A stretch of DNA of 64,000 nt from an uncultured marine group III euryarchaeote (GCA_902627615.1 CACOJW010000001.1:71342-135341), one strand, 5' to 3'. Shown: positions 39,217-49,760, numbered from the stretch's first letter. Program-made: numbers and translations. Notes: generated from the letters alone by a model not told the origin.

Positions 39217-39576
39217 TTAGCCCCCCATTAATTTGATTATAGCTTCAGCAGGCTCTCCGCCACATTCTTCTAAAGCTTCTTTTGCTTTTTCTTCTGAAAC
39301 TCCAGCCTGTGCAGCTACTAATTCAATGTCTTCATCAGGTATGCTCGCGGATTCTTCTCCTCCACTAACTCCCCTTTCTTGCGGCTCTCCAACAATTTGG
39401 TATGATTGTTGCCCCATCATATTCATAGAGGTAACTGAAGGATTCGAAAAATAAATTTCTTTATCTTTAGTTTTGATAATGACTTCTGTAGCATCAATAT
39501 CCTCAGTAGAATTTTGCAATTGCTTTTGCAGTTTCTTCATCATTCGGGGATTCATACGCCCCATGCCTGGCATCAT
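39217..39576 (-). CDS. nac: Nascent polypeptide-associated complex protein (archaeal NAC)
   Basis: MNPRMMKK, EVII, YQIVG and C-terminal UBA domain EDIELVAAQAGVSEE...AEAI. Confidence 0.92.
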   Translation of the reverse strand: MMPGMGRMNPRMMKKLQKQLQNSTEDIDATEVIIKTKDKEIYFSNPSVTSMNMMGQQSYQIVGEPQERGVSGGEESASIPDEDIELVAAQAGVSEEKAKEALEECGGEPAEAIIKLMGG

Positions 39577-39607
39577 ATTAACACTACACAAAACCCACTA
39601 AAAGAAA

Positions 39608-40630
39608 TTATGTTAAGCGATACCTTAGTATTACTGCAAAATCTCCCAAGCCAGTCAGCATTTCACCGCCGTGGTGATGAGGTGAAATTTCAATAACTTT
39701 AGTTCTTGTTTGCTCAGCTAGGTCCAACAGTTCGATTCCTTCTTCAGTTTTCGCTTTTTCCGATAAAATCAAAATTTCCTCAGCAGCACCTGCTTCGATA
39801 GCTCTCTTTACTTCAATTTTACCATAAGTTCCCATATCATTTCCGATAGCATCTTTCAGTTTCTCAACTGCAGTCATTTCTTCCTGTATCTTAATTTGAG
39901 CAACAGCTTTTGGTAAAGTACCTCTGCTTATTGCTTCATGAATTCCTGCCATTCCACCTTGTCCAGAATTTTCTACTACACAGCCTGAAAAAATTTCGGG
40001 AGATTCACTTCTTCCTACATTTACAAAATCTTCCTTTAGAAAACCAGGCCCCACTACTACTAGGATGGCCCCTTTGATATGTACATCCATCAGTTTTTTT
40101 ACAGCTCTCGAATAAAAATCTCTTAACTCTTCACCACCAGTAGACTTTCCACTTCCTACACGGTTTAGCGTCTTTAGCTCTCTAAGGCCATATGTTCTTA
40201 ATTCAGCCATTACTATACAGTCACTTTCAATAGCAATAGCTACTGCAGTTACAACGGGTTGTTTAGCTTCATTTAATCTTTTTTTGTGGTGACCATGCCA
40301 AACAGATTTTCCAAAATCAAAATCATCTCCTGGCTCCAAAATTAAAGTATGGTGCATGCCTTGATCCCTTTCACCAACTGCAATAGTTCCGTGACATCTA
40401 AGACGTTGACCAAATGCTTGGTATTCCACATTTTTTACGTCGATAGTTAGACGCATCTTTTGTTTTTTACCTCTTTCCTGTCTAATTCGATCAGATTGAG
40501 CAGCTTCACGTCTTTCAGTTAGTGCTCTAACCATATCTCCACAATCTAATAGTAGACTTAAGTGATACAAATCGTCTTCATGTTCAAGCCTTATGTGATA
40601 GATGTTACTATCACGTTTTCTTACTTTCAA
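39608..40630 (-). CDS. pelA: mRNA surveillance / ribosome rescue protein pelota (Dom34)
   Basis: EDDLYHL, RLRCHG, HHTL, GPGFLK and C-terminal LGDFAVILRY. Confidence 0.9.
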   Translation of the reverse strand: MKVRKRDSNIYHIRLEHEDDLYHLSLLLDCGDMVRALTERREAAQSDRIRQERGKKQKMRLTIDVKNVEYQAFGQRLRCHGTIAVGERDQGMHHTLILEPGDDFDFGKSVWHGHHKKRLNEAKQPVVTAVAIAIESDCIVMAELRTYGLRELKTLNRVGSGKSTGGEELRDFYSRAVKKLMDVHIKGAILVVVGPGFLKEDFVNVGRSESPEIFSGCVVENSGQGGMAGIHEAISRGTLPKAVAQIKIQEEMTAVEKLKDAIGNDMGTYGKIEVKRAIEAGAAEEILILSEKAKTEEGIELLDLAEQTRTKVIEISPHHHGGEMLTGLGDFAVILRYRLT

Positions 40631-40637
40631 GTCACTC

Positions 40638-41582
40638 TCACTTGTATACAGTTATGTCTAAGTTTTTAGCTAATTCTTTGTAACGGTTTCTAATTGTTAC
40701 TTCCGTTACACCCACTGTATCAGCAATAGTTTTCTGAGTCTTTCTTTGATCGTAAACTACAGATGCTATGTAAATTGCAGCTGCAGCGACACCCGTAGGT
40801 CCTCTGCCTGAAGTTAATTCAGCTTCAACAGCTTGATTGAGAATATTAATTGCTGCACTTTCAACATGACCTGGTAGTTCTAGTTCCCTACAAAATCTAA
40901 CGATATAAACAGAAGGTGAAGCAGGTTGTAGATTCAGTTTTAGTTCTCTTGAAATGTATCTATAGGTTCTCCCAACTTCTTTTTTTGATGCGCGTGAAGC
41001 TTCAGTTATTTCAGTTAAAGTTCTTGGAACTTCACACCTCCTACAAGCACCATACAAAGCAGCAGCAGCTACTCCTTCCACGGAGCGGCCCCTTACCAAG
41101 TTGTCTTGTACAGCCCTTCTGTAAAGCATTGCAGCTTCTTCCCTTACTTGACGATGCAAACCTATTTTTGATGCAAGTCGATTAAGTTCATTCAAAGCTT
41201 GAGCCAGATTACGGTCAGCTGAATTTGATGCCCTTGTGCGATTTTGCCATTTTCTCATTCTATAAACTTGTGATCGATTTTTTGTGGGAACATTATTTCC
41301 ATAAATATCTCTTCCACCCCAACCAATATCGGTAGATAATCCCTTATCATGTACCATAACACTCATAGGCGCTCCACCTCTGGCCCTTCGTTCATTTTGC
41401 TCAGAATCAAAAGCCCTCCATTCAGGGCCTTGGTCAATAACTTGGTCATCAACTACGAGCCCACAATTGCGGCATGTAATTTCACCTCGTTTGTAATCTC
41501 TAACGATGTGTTCAGATTTACATTCGGAGCATTCAGTTAACTCTTCAACTTCTAATTGTTTAGATTTTTCGGAGTCACTCAT
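40638..41582 (-). CDS. tfb: Transcription initiation factor IIB
   Basis: Zn ribbon CSEC/CRNCG, GPEWRAF B-reader and two cyclin repeats ending in [14 protein letters not shown]. Confidence 0.98.
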   Translation of the reverse strand: MSDSEKSKQLEVEELTECSECKSEHIVRDYKRGEITCRNCGLVVDDQVIDQGPEWRAFDSEQNERRARGGAPMSVMVHDKGLSTDIGWGGRDIYGNNVPTKNRSQVYRMRKWQNRTRASNSADRNLAQALNELNRLASKIGLHRQVREEAAMLYRRAVQDNLVRGRSVEGVAAAALYGACRRCEVPRTLTEITEASRASKKEVGRTYRYISRELKLNLQPASPSVYIVRFCRELELPGHVESAAINILNQAVEAELTSGRGPTGVAAAAIYIASVVYDQRKTQKTIADTVGVTEVTIRNRYKELAKNLDITVYK

Positions 41583-41716
41583 AGGATATTATTTTACACA
41601 CGATTTAGTCATTATAAGGCTTGGGCCACAGTCTTTAAATTCTGCATTATGAAAGAAGGTGGAACACATTTTTTTCGAGCAACTTATTTATGACACCCAC
41701 TTGCCCTACATTATTA

Positions 41717-42916
41717 ATGACAAGGGTCCGTGATCCCATCCACGACTATATTGATTTGACGCCTGTAGAAGTAAAATTAGTTGATACTTCAGCTTATCAA
41801 AGGCTGCGTTGGATTAAGCAACTAGGACCTTCAAATTTAGTTTATCCAGGCGCAAATCATACTAGACACGAGCACTGCATGGGCACTAGTCATGTAGTTG
41901 GAAAGATGGCAGATTCAATAGGGTTAGATGGTGAGCAAAAGCAATTAGCTAAAATATCGGGATTACTACATGATTTAGGGCATACTGCATTTTCACATCT
42001 GGGAGATGAAATAGAAGGTGTAGAAGATCACGTAATTAGAACAACACAGATAATTAAGGAATCAGAAATCTCAGATATTCTTTCAGACGAAGGTATTGAC
42101 AGCAATGTTGTCAATCAGGTAATTACAGGAAATCATCAATTAGGTCCATTAGTATCAGGAGATTTAGACGGTGATAGGTTGGATTATTTGGTTAGAGATG
42201 CACATTACACTGGTGTTAATGTAGGAGTAGATATGGGCCGAATCATAGATACCATGACAATGGCAGATTCTCGAATTAATGACAAGGAATCTTGGGGGTC
42301 AATAGCAGAAGAAGTTGATTCAGAGTTGATGATTAAGCAAAATGGCCTTCCGGTAGTTGAAACACTCCTTACAGCTAGATCTATAATGTATCCTACAGTT
42401 TATTTTCATCCTTTCACAAGAGGTGCAGAATTGATGTTAGCAAGGTGCACAAATCATGCAATTGAATCAGGAAAAATGAATGTTTCAGATTTCACAAAAT
42501 TTACGGACCATAAATTAATGTCTACATTAGAGCGTCTCGGAGGCAAATTTGAGCAAATTGTGAAGGACTTTGAGAATAGAAAAATTATCAAGCCAGCGTT
42601 GAGTATTACGAAGGAACAAGCTGAAGTTTCAGGTCTTGAGAAATCTAATAGGGGAGAATATGAGATGTCTATAGCCGATGAATTAGGCGTTTCTCAAGCA
42701 GAAATTTATGTAGATTTACCTAAATTTTCCGTTTTACCTGGTTTGAAGACACAAATTTTAAAGGAAGACGGGGAAGTTGATTTAGCACGTAACATGTCTA
42801 AAATCATTTCAGGATTATATGAAGCTCAATTTGATCATTGGAGATGTCGAATTTACGGCCCTTCTAAAATAAGAAAAGAATTAAAAGAAGTCTCTGAAAA
42901 AGTTCTTGGTGTATAA
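41717..42916 (+). CDS. HD-domain phosphohydrolase (SAMHD1-like)
   Basis: RDPIH, QRLRWIKQLG, HTRHEH, LLHDLGH and DRLDYLVRD. Start is 41717 or 41690. Confidence 0.9.
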   Translation: MTRVRDPIHDYIDLTPVEVKLVDTSAYQRLRWIKQLGPSNLVYPGANHTRHEHCMGTSHVVGKMADSIGLDGEQKQLAKISGLLHDLGHTAFSHLGDEIEGVEDHVIRTTQIIKESEISDILSDEGIDSNVVNQVITGNHQLGPLVSGDLDGDRLDYLVRDAHYTGVNVGVDMGRIIDTMTMADSRINDKESWGSIAEEVDSELMIKQNGLPVVETLLTARSIMYPTVYFHPFTRGAELMLARCTNHAIESGKMNVSDFTKFTDHKLMSTLERLGGKFEQIVKDFENRKIIKPALSITKEQAEVSGLEKSNRGEYEMSIADELGVSQAEIYVDLPKFSVLPGLKTQILKEDGEVDLARNMSKIISGLYEAQFDHWRCRIYGPSKIRKELKEVSEKVLGV

Positions 42917-44497
42917 ATGTCCAAAACAATGAAAATTTTTATAGAAAAATTAGGCTGGAAAGTCACTAATCACTTTTGGGACGGGAATGCCCAAATGTTT
43001 AATGTTGAAGAGCCTGAAGATTTAGAAAGAGATTTTGAAAATTTGCGTTTAGCTTTCAAAAGGGTAAATGATCTAGGAACAGAACGAGTGTTTCCAATGC
43101 TGAGACGAGCTGGTGATGAGCTCGTCTTAGTTTTGCTTCCCCAACCGTCTCTTGATTATGTACAAAGTAAAACGAATTTATATTTACTTTTTGCGACAAT
43201 ATTCTCGACTACGTGGGCAGGATGTTTTTGGTGGGCTTCATATTCAGATTCACCAGTACTTGATTCTAGTTTAGTCTGGTTACGAGTATTGATTACACCA
43301 GATGTTTTGTTAATGGGATTTTTAACTTACTCATTGCCTTTGATGGCCATTTTAGGAGCCCACGAAATGGGCCATTATTACTACGCTAAAAAACACAATT
43401 TAGATGCTTCACTTCCATTCTTTTTACCAATGCCCCCTATTTTGTTTATTCTTGGAACAATGGGAGCTTTCATATCTATAAGAGAGCCCATTCCGAATCG
43501 CAAAGCTTTGTTGGATGTAGGGGCTAGTGGACCTATCGCAGGATTGCTTGTTGCAATTCCAGTTACTCTTCTTGGATTTTGGTTGACCGAAAAAAATGGA
43601 GTACCAGTACCTCTTGATTCTGGTTCATCTATGTTTCTGGGTTCATCATTGTTCTGGGAATTCTTGTACATTCAATTTAGTTCTTTTTTAACTCCTTCAG
43701 GAGACTACCTTTCGCACCCTGTAGTTTTGGCAGGTTGGGCCGGTTTTTTCGTAACTGCATTAAATTTAATGCCTGCAGGGCAATTAGATGGAGGTCATAT
43801 TGCACGTGCGGTCCTTGGTCCTAAATCAAACGGTATTTCATTAACAGTAATTATTTTATTAATTTTTATGGCCTTTTATGGAATACCAGGGCTGGCGGAA
43901 CCATATTTGGGATGGGCAGTTTATGCGGTATTAATCTTTTTCTTAGGAACTTCTCACCCCCCGCCTTCTGAAGAGTTGTCAAATTTGGGAAAATCTCGAA
44001 TTGGTGTTGGCTTTGTCACGGGCATCATCTTAATCTTTACTTTCATCCCTTCTCCATTAGTTTTTGGAGAATCTCAATTCGATTTAGATATAAGTTCAGA
44101 AGTTAATGAGTTCAATCCAGTCTTTGGGGAATCTAATACTACGTATTTAGTAATCTTGAACAGTGGAAAAGTAGATGGCTGGGATAATCTTACAGTTAGT
44201 GTTGAAAGCATTGAGAACTATACTATTGAACTTGTTGTTAATTTTGTTAATATTAGTGATTTAGGCAAATCTTACAATGCTACTAACCATAATTTTAGCA
44301 AATATGTTTATCAGGATGATACAGGATATAATTTGACCTTGAATTTGACTTCAAATTCTTATGCAAATTTGACTTTGATAATTACTCCTGAAGAGGTTCC
44401 AGTATCAGGCGAAATTAATTTTGATATAAATATTACAAGTAGAACCGAACGTGTTTATACAAGAACCTTTGTTTTAGTGACAGAGGAAAAAAGTTAA
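42917..44497 (+). CDS. Site-2 protease (M50) with C-terminal extracellular domain
   Basis: HEMGH zinc motif, ASGPIAG and NLMPAGQLDGGH. Confidence 0.92.
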   Translation: MSKTMKIFIEKLGWKVTNHFWDGNAQMFNVEEPEDLERDFENLRLAFKRVNDLGTERVFPMLRRAGDELVLVLLPQPSLDYVQSKTNLYLLFATIFSTTWAGCFWWASYSDSPVLDSSLVWLRVLITPDVLLMGFLTYSLPLMAILGAHEMGHYYYAKKHNLDASLPFFLPMPPILFILGTMGAFISIREPIPNRKALLDVGASGPIAGLLVAIPVTLLGFWLTEKNGVPVPLDSGSSMFLGSSLFWEFLYIQFSSFLTPSGDYLSHPVVLAGWAGFFVTALNLMPAGQLDGGHIARAVLGPKSNGISLTVIILLIFMAFYGIPGLAEPYLGWAVYAVLIFFLGTSHPPPSEELSNLGKSRIGVGFVTGIILIFTFIPSPLVFGESQFDLDISSEVNEFNPVFGESNTTYLVILNSGKVDGWDNLTVSVESIENYTIELVVNFVNISDLGKSYNATNHNFSKYVYQDDTGYNLTLNLTSNSYANLTLIITPEEVPVSGEINFDINITSRTERVYTRTFVLVTEEKS

Positions 44498-45711
44498 TGG
44501 ACGTTTTTGAGGGTAAATCTTGGATTTCAGGACATGGTCTAAACCAGGTGTGTGTTGGGGTTGAAGAGGGTAAGATTAGTTCAGTAAAAAAAATACTAAA
44601 AGGAGATAAACACACCAAATTTCAAGGAGTTCTTTTACCAGGTGCATTTGATATGCACGTTCACTTTAGAGATCCAGGTTATCCTCACAAAGAAGATTGG
44701 AAAACAGGCTCAGAATCTGCGGCTGCAGGGGGCGTCACAGCAGTTGTTGATATGCCTAACACAAATCCCTTTACTTCAGATTTAGAAACATTTAGAGCAA
44801 AAAAATCAATAGCCGCCTCTAAATCGGTTGTAGATTTTGGTATAGGAGTAAACGTTGATCAGAACCTTACTAAACAGGATTGGTTTGATACAATACCTGC
44901 AGCATTTTGGAAGCTATATCCTTATGGTATAAGTTCAGACGATTTTTTTTCTTACGCAAGCGAGGTTTTAGATAAAACAAAAAAGACCTTAGTTATACAT
45001 TGCGAACACCCTGATCACATGCATAACAATCCCTTGAATCAATTATCAGATCATACCCAGAATAGATTGATTGCTGAACCTGAATGTTTAGCCTCTATGC
45101 CCTCATCTCCATATTTGCATGTAGCCCATTTATCAACTTTTGAAGGATTGAAGAAAGTTCCAAAATTAGCTAGTTCTGAAGTTTGCCCACATCACCTTCT
45201 TTTAAATCTTGAAAATTGTAAATCAATTGATTGCAAGGTAGATCCTCCACTTCGTACTAGCAAAGATAACTCAAGGCTATATGATGCATTTAGAAGCGGT
45301 CAGATTTCAATTCTTTCGAGTGACCATGCACCTCATACCATAGAGGAAAAACAATCCGATAACCCTCCCTCAGGGCTTCCAGGTGTTGAGACTATGGTTC
45401 CTTTAATGCTGAATGAAGTTTCGGAGGGTCGCTTGAAATTAGAAAGATTGGTAAATGCAATGTCTGAAGCTCCAGCACACAGACTTGGCTTAGAAAGAGG
45501 TAAAATAATAGAAGACCAAACCGCAGATTTTATGATTGTAGATATGAAAAAATCGTTGCCTATTAAGCTTGACCGCTTACATTCAAAATCTAATTGGACG
45601 CCTTTTGAAAATTGGCCAGCCATTTTTCCATCGCAAGTTTATCGTAGGGGCGAATTGATTGCAGAGGATGGTGAAATTAAGAAAGAAGCAGGGGGTCAGA
45701 ATCTCTTTTAA
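44497..45711 (+). CDS. pyrC: Dihydroorotase (amidohydrolase family)
   Basis: DMHVHFRDPG, DMPNTNP, EVCPHHL, PPLR and SDHAPH motifs. Confidence 0.88.
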   Translation: MDVFEGKSWISGHGLNQVCVGVEEGKISSVKKILKGDKHTKFQGVLLPGAFDMHVHFRDPGYPHKEDWKTGSESAAAGGVTAVVDMPNTNPFTSDLETFRAKKSIAASKSVVDFGIGVNVDQNLTKQDWFDTIPAAFWKLYPYGISSDDFFSYASEVLDKTKKTLVIHCEHPDHMHNNPLNQLSDHTQNRLIAEPECLASMPSSPYLHVAHLSTFEGLKKVPKLASSEVCPHHLLLNLENCKSIDCKVDPPLRTSKDNSRLYDAFRSGQISILSSDHAPHTIEEKQSDNPPSGLPGVETMVPLMLNEVSEGRLKLERLVNAMSEAPAHRLGLERGKIIEDQTADFMIVDMKKSLPIKLDRLHSKSNWTPFENWPAIFPSQVYRRGELIAEDGEIKKEAGGQNLF

Positions 45712-45765
45712 GTTAAAATGTTTTTAACGAAACTTTAATACTGTAATGAATTCAATGTAGTACTG

Positions 45766-47997
45766 ATGCAAAAACCATGGACTCTATTTTCGTATCTCGC
45801 ATTTAACTTTTCAGTTGTTATTTTTACGATGTTCGCAATTTTGTTTTTAGCTACATCTGAAGCAGAAGGTGATGATTTTGCAGACGTAGACTTTCATTTA
45901 TCAAGAGAGTGTATTGGGGAAAATTGTGAATTTTCATTAGACGAACCGACAGCAACTAGGCCAAAATATTGGGTGGCACAAAACGACCCTCCTGTTCAAA
46001 ATGAATATTATTCCTTATCATCTTGGGAAATGAATATGGGTGGACCTGTAGAACTAGGCGATTCCTACAGCTATGTAATTTGGGTACAGTCAACAAACGT
46101 TCAAGAAATAAGCTTTCGAACTACATTATATATAACTTGGATAGATTTTTCTGAAGATCCTGCTAAAACAAGGGTAACCAATATTTCTATTGACGAAGTA
46201 GGCAAAACGGCACCTCCATTTCAAGTATTAAGTGGTAATTATTCAGTTGAATTAGAAAGTTCAGCATTAGACAAAAGCGATTTTCCAAATGGAGTACCTG
46301 CTTATACAACTTTAGGGATGAAACTCGAGACTATGGTTCGATGGGCACCAGATACACAAAATAATACTGCATGGATAAAATCAGATTCTAGTCAAGGTTG
46401 TGAGAATGATGCTTCATTTGTTGCCTGTGATTCATACATAACTATGAATCTCAGACACGTTGATATTGCAACTAATTATGAGGGCTATTTTGATAACAAC
46501 AGAGTTGATGAGATGAATTCAGACTCATTATTAATCAAAGTAAATGTAACTAATGCATTAGGTGCAGATAATTTAGATACTTCTAGCGCCTCGATAGAAA
46601 TCCAAGGAGTTCCAGGGGGTGGAACTTTCAAAAATTCAGTAGAGTCAAAAGACAAACACAGTTATGCAAAATACATTCAAGGAACTTGGTGGTACCAAGA
46701 AGATCAAAATATTGTTACAGGGACTTATACGATTGAATTTTCTATTGAAGACATATACGGAAATAAATGGCTTGCAGAGATGGACTATGAATTGATTGTG
46801 GATGAGTATAGTCTTTCTATAGAATTTGAGGAAGGTTATAGTACTAATGGCCAACTTCCAAAAGGAGGAAGGGCAGACTTTGAGTTTCAGGTTTTTAATC
46901 AGGGAAATACAAGAGATATTTTTTCCGTTGAAATTGATGATTCTTCTTTGCCTTCTGGATGGGAGGCCACATTAAGGTCACAGTCTGAGTTAGATGTGGC
47001 AGCAGGTTTGTATGGTTACGTACAAGTCAGAGTTGAGGCGCCAGTCTCAGCAGCAGGAGGAAGTAAAGAAAAGATTACAGTTACCGTAACTTCTTCAGGC
47101 AATAGCAATGTTTACGAGCAGATAAGATTAGAGACTACGGTGAGAACATATGGCGTAGTGTTTCTTTCACCTCCAGATGAAGTGAAAATTGATCCAGATC
47201 AATTAGATATGGATGGTTATTACACATTTAGTGTAACTCTTAGAAACACAGGTAGTGACAAAGACACTTACAAATTAGACGCAACTACAGCTCGTGGAGA
47301 CTGGACTATTAGGATAGAAATAGACGGCTATGAAGTTTCAGCAGTTACTGTCGATAAAGCTTCTTCGCAAAGAATTGATGTTGTTGTTAGGCCTGTAAAC
47401 TATGAAGATAATCTTGGGGAAGCTGTAACTTTTGTTATAAATGCAGATTCTATTTCACCTGGAGATGGTTCAGCAACCTTATCCTCCTCAATAATAATGG
47501 ACGTTCCTTTAGATAAAATATCAGATTTATCCATTAGTGTAGATGATTTATTGATTAATGGTAAACCAATAGCAATTTTGACAGAGTCCGATGTACCTGC
47601 ATCTCAACCAGTACAAATTCAGTTGACAATTTTTAACAATGGAGGTAAAAGTACAGGTTCTTTTGGAGTAAAATTATACGAAGGGTCTAGAGTAATTGAT
47701 GAGTATACTGTTGTTCAAGGAATAGGCGGATTTGGTAGTGAGCCTGTAATTTTAGAATGGACTAATCCGTCCGCAGGAGCTAAAACTTTGAAAATTTATG
47801 TTGATTTTGAACAACAAGTAGATGAATCTAATAATAATAGGTTTGATAATGCGTTGACTCTCCCAGTAGTTATTGGAGAGCAATCTTCAGGTGGGGTTAC
47901 AGATTCAGAAGGTGAACCACTCTTGTATGGGCCTAGCCATTTATTGACTATATTAATTTTAGTTACTTTATCACTAATTTATCGAAGAAGAGTTTAA
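45766..47997 (+). CDS. Secreted cell-surface protein with Ig-like (NEW3/CARDB-like) repeats and C-terminal membrane anchor
   Basis: Signal peptide, repeated NxG..D and LPSGW motifs, VDE...DN CARDB-like motif, and TM plus RRR tail. Confidence 0.8.
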   Translation: MQKPWTLFSYLAFNFSVVIFTMFAILFLATSEAEGDDFADVDFHLSRECIGENCEFSLDEPTATRPKYWVAQNDPPVQNEYYSLSSWEMNMGGPVELGDSYSYVIWVQSTNVQEISFRTTLYITWIDFSEDPAKTRVTNISIDEVGKTAPPFQVLSGNYSVELESSALDKSDFPNGVPAYTTLGMKLETMVRWAPDTQNNTAWIKSDSSQGCENDASFVACDSYITMNLRHVDIATNYEGYFDNNRVDEMNSDSLLIKVNVTNALGADNLDTSSASIEIQGVPGGGTFKNSVESKDKHSYAKYIQGTWWYQEDQNIVTGTYTIEFSIEDIYGNKWLAEMDYELIVDEYSLSIEFEEGYSTNGQLPKGGRADFEFQVFNQGNTRDIFSVEIDDSSLPSGWEATLRSQSELDVAAGLYGYVQVRVEAPVSAAGGSKEKITVTVTSSGNSNVYEQIRLETTVRTYGVVFLSPPDEVKIDPDQLDMDGYYTFSVTLRNTGSDKDTYKLDATTARGDWTIRIEIDGYEVSAVTVDKASSQRIDVVVRPVNYEDNLGEAVTFVINADSISPGDGSATLSSSIIMDVPLDKISDLSISVDDLLINGKPIAILTESDVPASQPVQIQLTIFNNGGKSTGSFGVKLYEGSRVIDEYTVVQGIGGFGSEPVILEWTNPSAGAKTLKIYVDFEQQVDESNNNRFDNALTLPVVIGEQSSGGVTDSEGEPLLYGPSHLLTILILVTLSLIYRRRV

Positions 47998-48512
47998 TCT
48001 TCATAAACTTCAAGAAATTCACCACAGAAAGGGCAAGCTTTCCATTCAGGTTTTACCGGTTTGTTACATTCAGCACAGAATTCTTGCTCATCGGCAGCAT
48101 TCGTTAATTTCCCTTTCATATTGCTGAAATTTTGATTATGTAATGGTATATTCACGTCCTGTTCTCTAATAGTTATAGCATCTTCTTCATCAAATCCACT
48201 CAACTCTTCAGTATTTTTTTGACCCAGTAATTCATTAAGAATTTTATGCTCATCTTCGATAATTTCGCCTTTGAGTTGTCGACTACTTCCGTCAAGACTC
48301 TGAGGTTTTTTTATTTTAGTTTCATACTCCTCATCTATTGGTATTAATTTAGGTAGAATTCTAAATTTTCTTCTTACACTTCTTCCTCTTTTTGTTTTTG
48401 TTAAAATTAAATAAATGATAATTAACGAAGAGATGACTATCACAATTAACTGCTCTAAAGCTAAATTCTCTACTTCTTGTTTGATTTTATCAATAGATAC
48501 GTCCTCTATCAC
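47994..48512 (-). CDS. Membrane-anchored protein with C-terminal zinc ribbon
   Basis: One TM helix and a CAEC...CPFCG motif. Confidence 0.75.
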   Translation of the reverse strand: MIEDVSIDKIKQEVENLALEQLIVIVISSLIIIYLILTKTKRGRSVRRKFRILPKLIPIDEEYETKIKKPQSLDGSSRQLKGEIIEDEHKILNELLGQKNTEELSGFDEEDAITIREQDVNIPLHNQNFSNMKGKLTNAADEQEFCAECNKPVKPEWKACPFCGEFLEVYED

Positions 48513-48621
48513 ATCTTGTTTAAAGTGGCAACATATTTATGATTTAGCGCTAACAAGATTTTATATGAACCGTATTTTAGAGTCAATTACTCCGGAGCCT
48601 GATTTATCCTATTTTTAACGT

Positions 48622-48699
48622 AGCGGGGTGGGGTAGCTAGGAAATCCCGTCGGGCTCATAACCCGGAGATCGATGGTTCAAATCCATCCCCCGCTACCA
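48622..48699 (+). tRNA. Initiator tRNA-Met (CAT) with encoded CCA
   Basis: Acceptor stem AGCGGGG/CCCCGCT with A1-U72, three consecutive G-C pairs closing the anticodon stem (GGG CT CAT AA CCC; anticodon 48657-48659), T-loop GGTTCAAATCC and 3' ACCA. Confidence 0.97.
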
Positions 48700-48729
48700 T
48701 TTAATATTGGTAATTCTACAGTCTTTAAA

Positions 48730-49143
48730 TTGCGTAAAATCTTTGAACATACAGCAGATGCAGGAATAACCGCAGAGGGAAGCACTTTGTCTGAGGCCTT
48801 TGATGAAGTTAGTTTGGCATTTACAGAAATAATTACGGGCGGTAAAATTCCAAATTCAAAAATTAATTTTGACGTAATCCTCGAATCAAATTCCTTAGAT
48901 TCATTATTGGTAAATTATCTTTCTCACTTGATTTTTTTATTCGATACGGAAGATTTTTTGGTTTCTAAAACAAATTTAGTTCTTGAAATAGGAAAAGTAA
49001 ATACGATTTCAGGAAAATTAAAGGGTGACTTTTACGATGAAACCAAGCACGGTTATGGTGTTGAAATAAAGGCAATTTCATACCATATGTTGGAAATTAG
49101 CGAGGGACCACCTGCTAAAATTGTAGTAGTTCTAGATCTTTAG
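48730..49143 (+). CDS. Archease
   Basis: FEHTAD N-terminal motif, EIKAISYH and terminal VLDL. The TTG start at 48730 lies just after the tRNA. Confidence 0.93.
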   Translation: MRKIFEHTADAGITAEGSTLSEAFDEVSLAFTEIITGGKIPNSKINFDVILESNSLDSLLVNYLSHLIFLFDTEDFLVSKTNLVLEIGKVNTISGKLKGDFYDETKHGYGVEIKAISYHMLEISEGPPAKIVVVLDL

Positions 49144-49153
49144 AAAGTTTTAA
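49143..49153 (+). promoter_or_regulatory. Putative BRE/TATA box for the HisA-like/tiaS/DMT genes
   Basis: GAAAG-TTTTAA about 24 nt upstream of the ATG at 49177. Confidence 0.45.
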
Positions 49154-49176
49154 CCTATACACCTTTCTGAATATTT

Positions 49177-49755
49177 ATGGCTTGGAAGGCAATCGCTTAC
49201 AATGGCACAAAAAGAGCGTTACCAATTTGGGATTCAAATGGTTTAAGCTTTATGCCTTCCAATACAGATATTTTAGTTCCGGAAAATGATGAACCTTTAT
49301 TGATAATGGATATGGGTGGAGTAATTCGCAATCGTCCTAATCCGTTTAAATTACCTACTAATCCTGAGAAGAATTACATTGATTTTGGATTAATATGGGG
49401 TGAAGATATTATTGATTTAATAATGTCCGATAGAGGGCGTGTTATTCTTCCTTTAAGAAAGTTACAAGGTTTAAAAGAATTAGATGCAGCTTTAGCGTAT
49501 GCAGAAGATGTTACGATTGGAATAGATTGGTCTAACGTTGTTGAAGCTCAACACAGTGATTTTTCAATCGATATTGTAGATTTGTTAAAAGAGTTACATA
49601 GAAGAGGTCAAACAGATATTTTAATTTATAGTCTAACAGGCGAATGTCCTTACATTCCGGCTGGAATGAATGCAAATTTTGACATAAAGATAGCCTATTT
49701 TTCAGAGTTCAGGCAAATCCCTAGTTGGGAAAAAGGGGTTTTCGTTTTCGAATAA
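49177..49755 (+). CDS. Hypothetical protein, possibly a degenerate HisA/HisF-related TIM barrel
   Basis: IMDMGG...NRP and YIDFGL...EDIIDLIM segments resemble HisA-like strands; similarity is weak. Confidence 0.5.
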   Translation: MAWKAIAYNGTKRALPIWDSNGLSFMPSNTDILVPENDEPLLIMDMGGVIRNRPNPFKLPTNPEKNYIDFGLIWGEDIIDLIMSDRGRVILPLRKLQGLKELDAALAYAEDVTIGIDWSNVVEAQHSDFSIDIVDLLKELHRRGQTDILIYSLTGECPYIPAGMNANFDIKIAYFSEFRQIPSWEKGVFVFE

Positions 49756-49760
49756 GAACT

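Noticed and set aside
41717-42916. HD protein as an antiviral dNTPase or defence system
   Set aside because: It looks like the widespread archaeal housekeeping HD family in a core operon, with no defence genes adjacent.
48673-48729. ORF-track N-terminal extension of archease
   Set aside because: It overlaps the tRNA-Met 3' half; archease homology begins at the TTG at 48730.
48680-48730. tRNA 3' end as an integration site or island boundary
   Set aside because: No integrase and no duplicated tRNA end were seen, and core genes follow directly.
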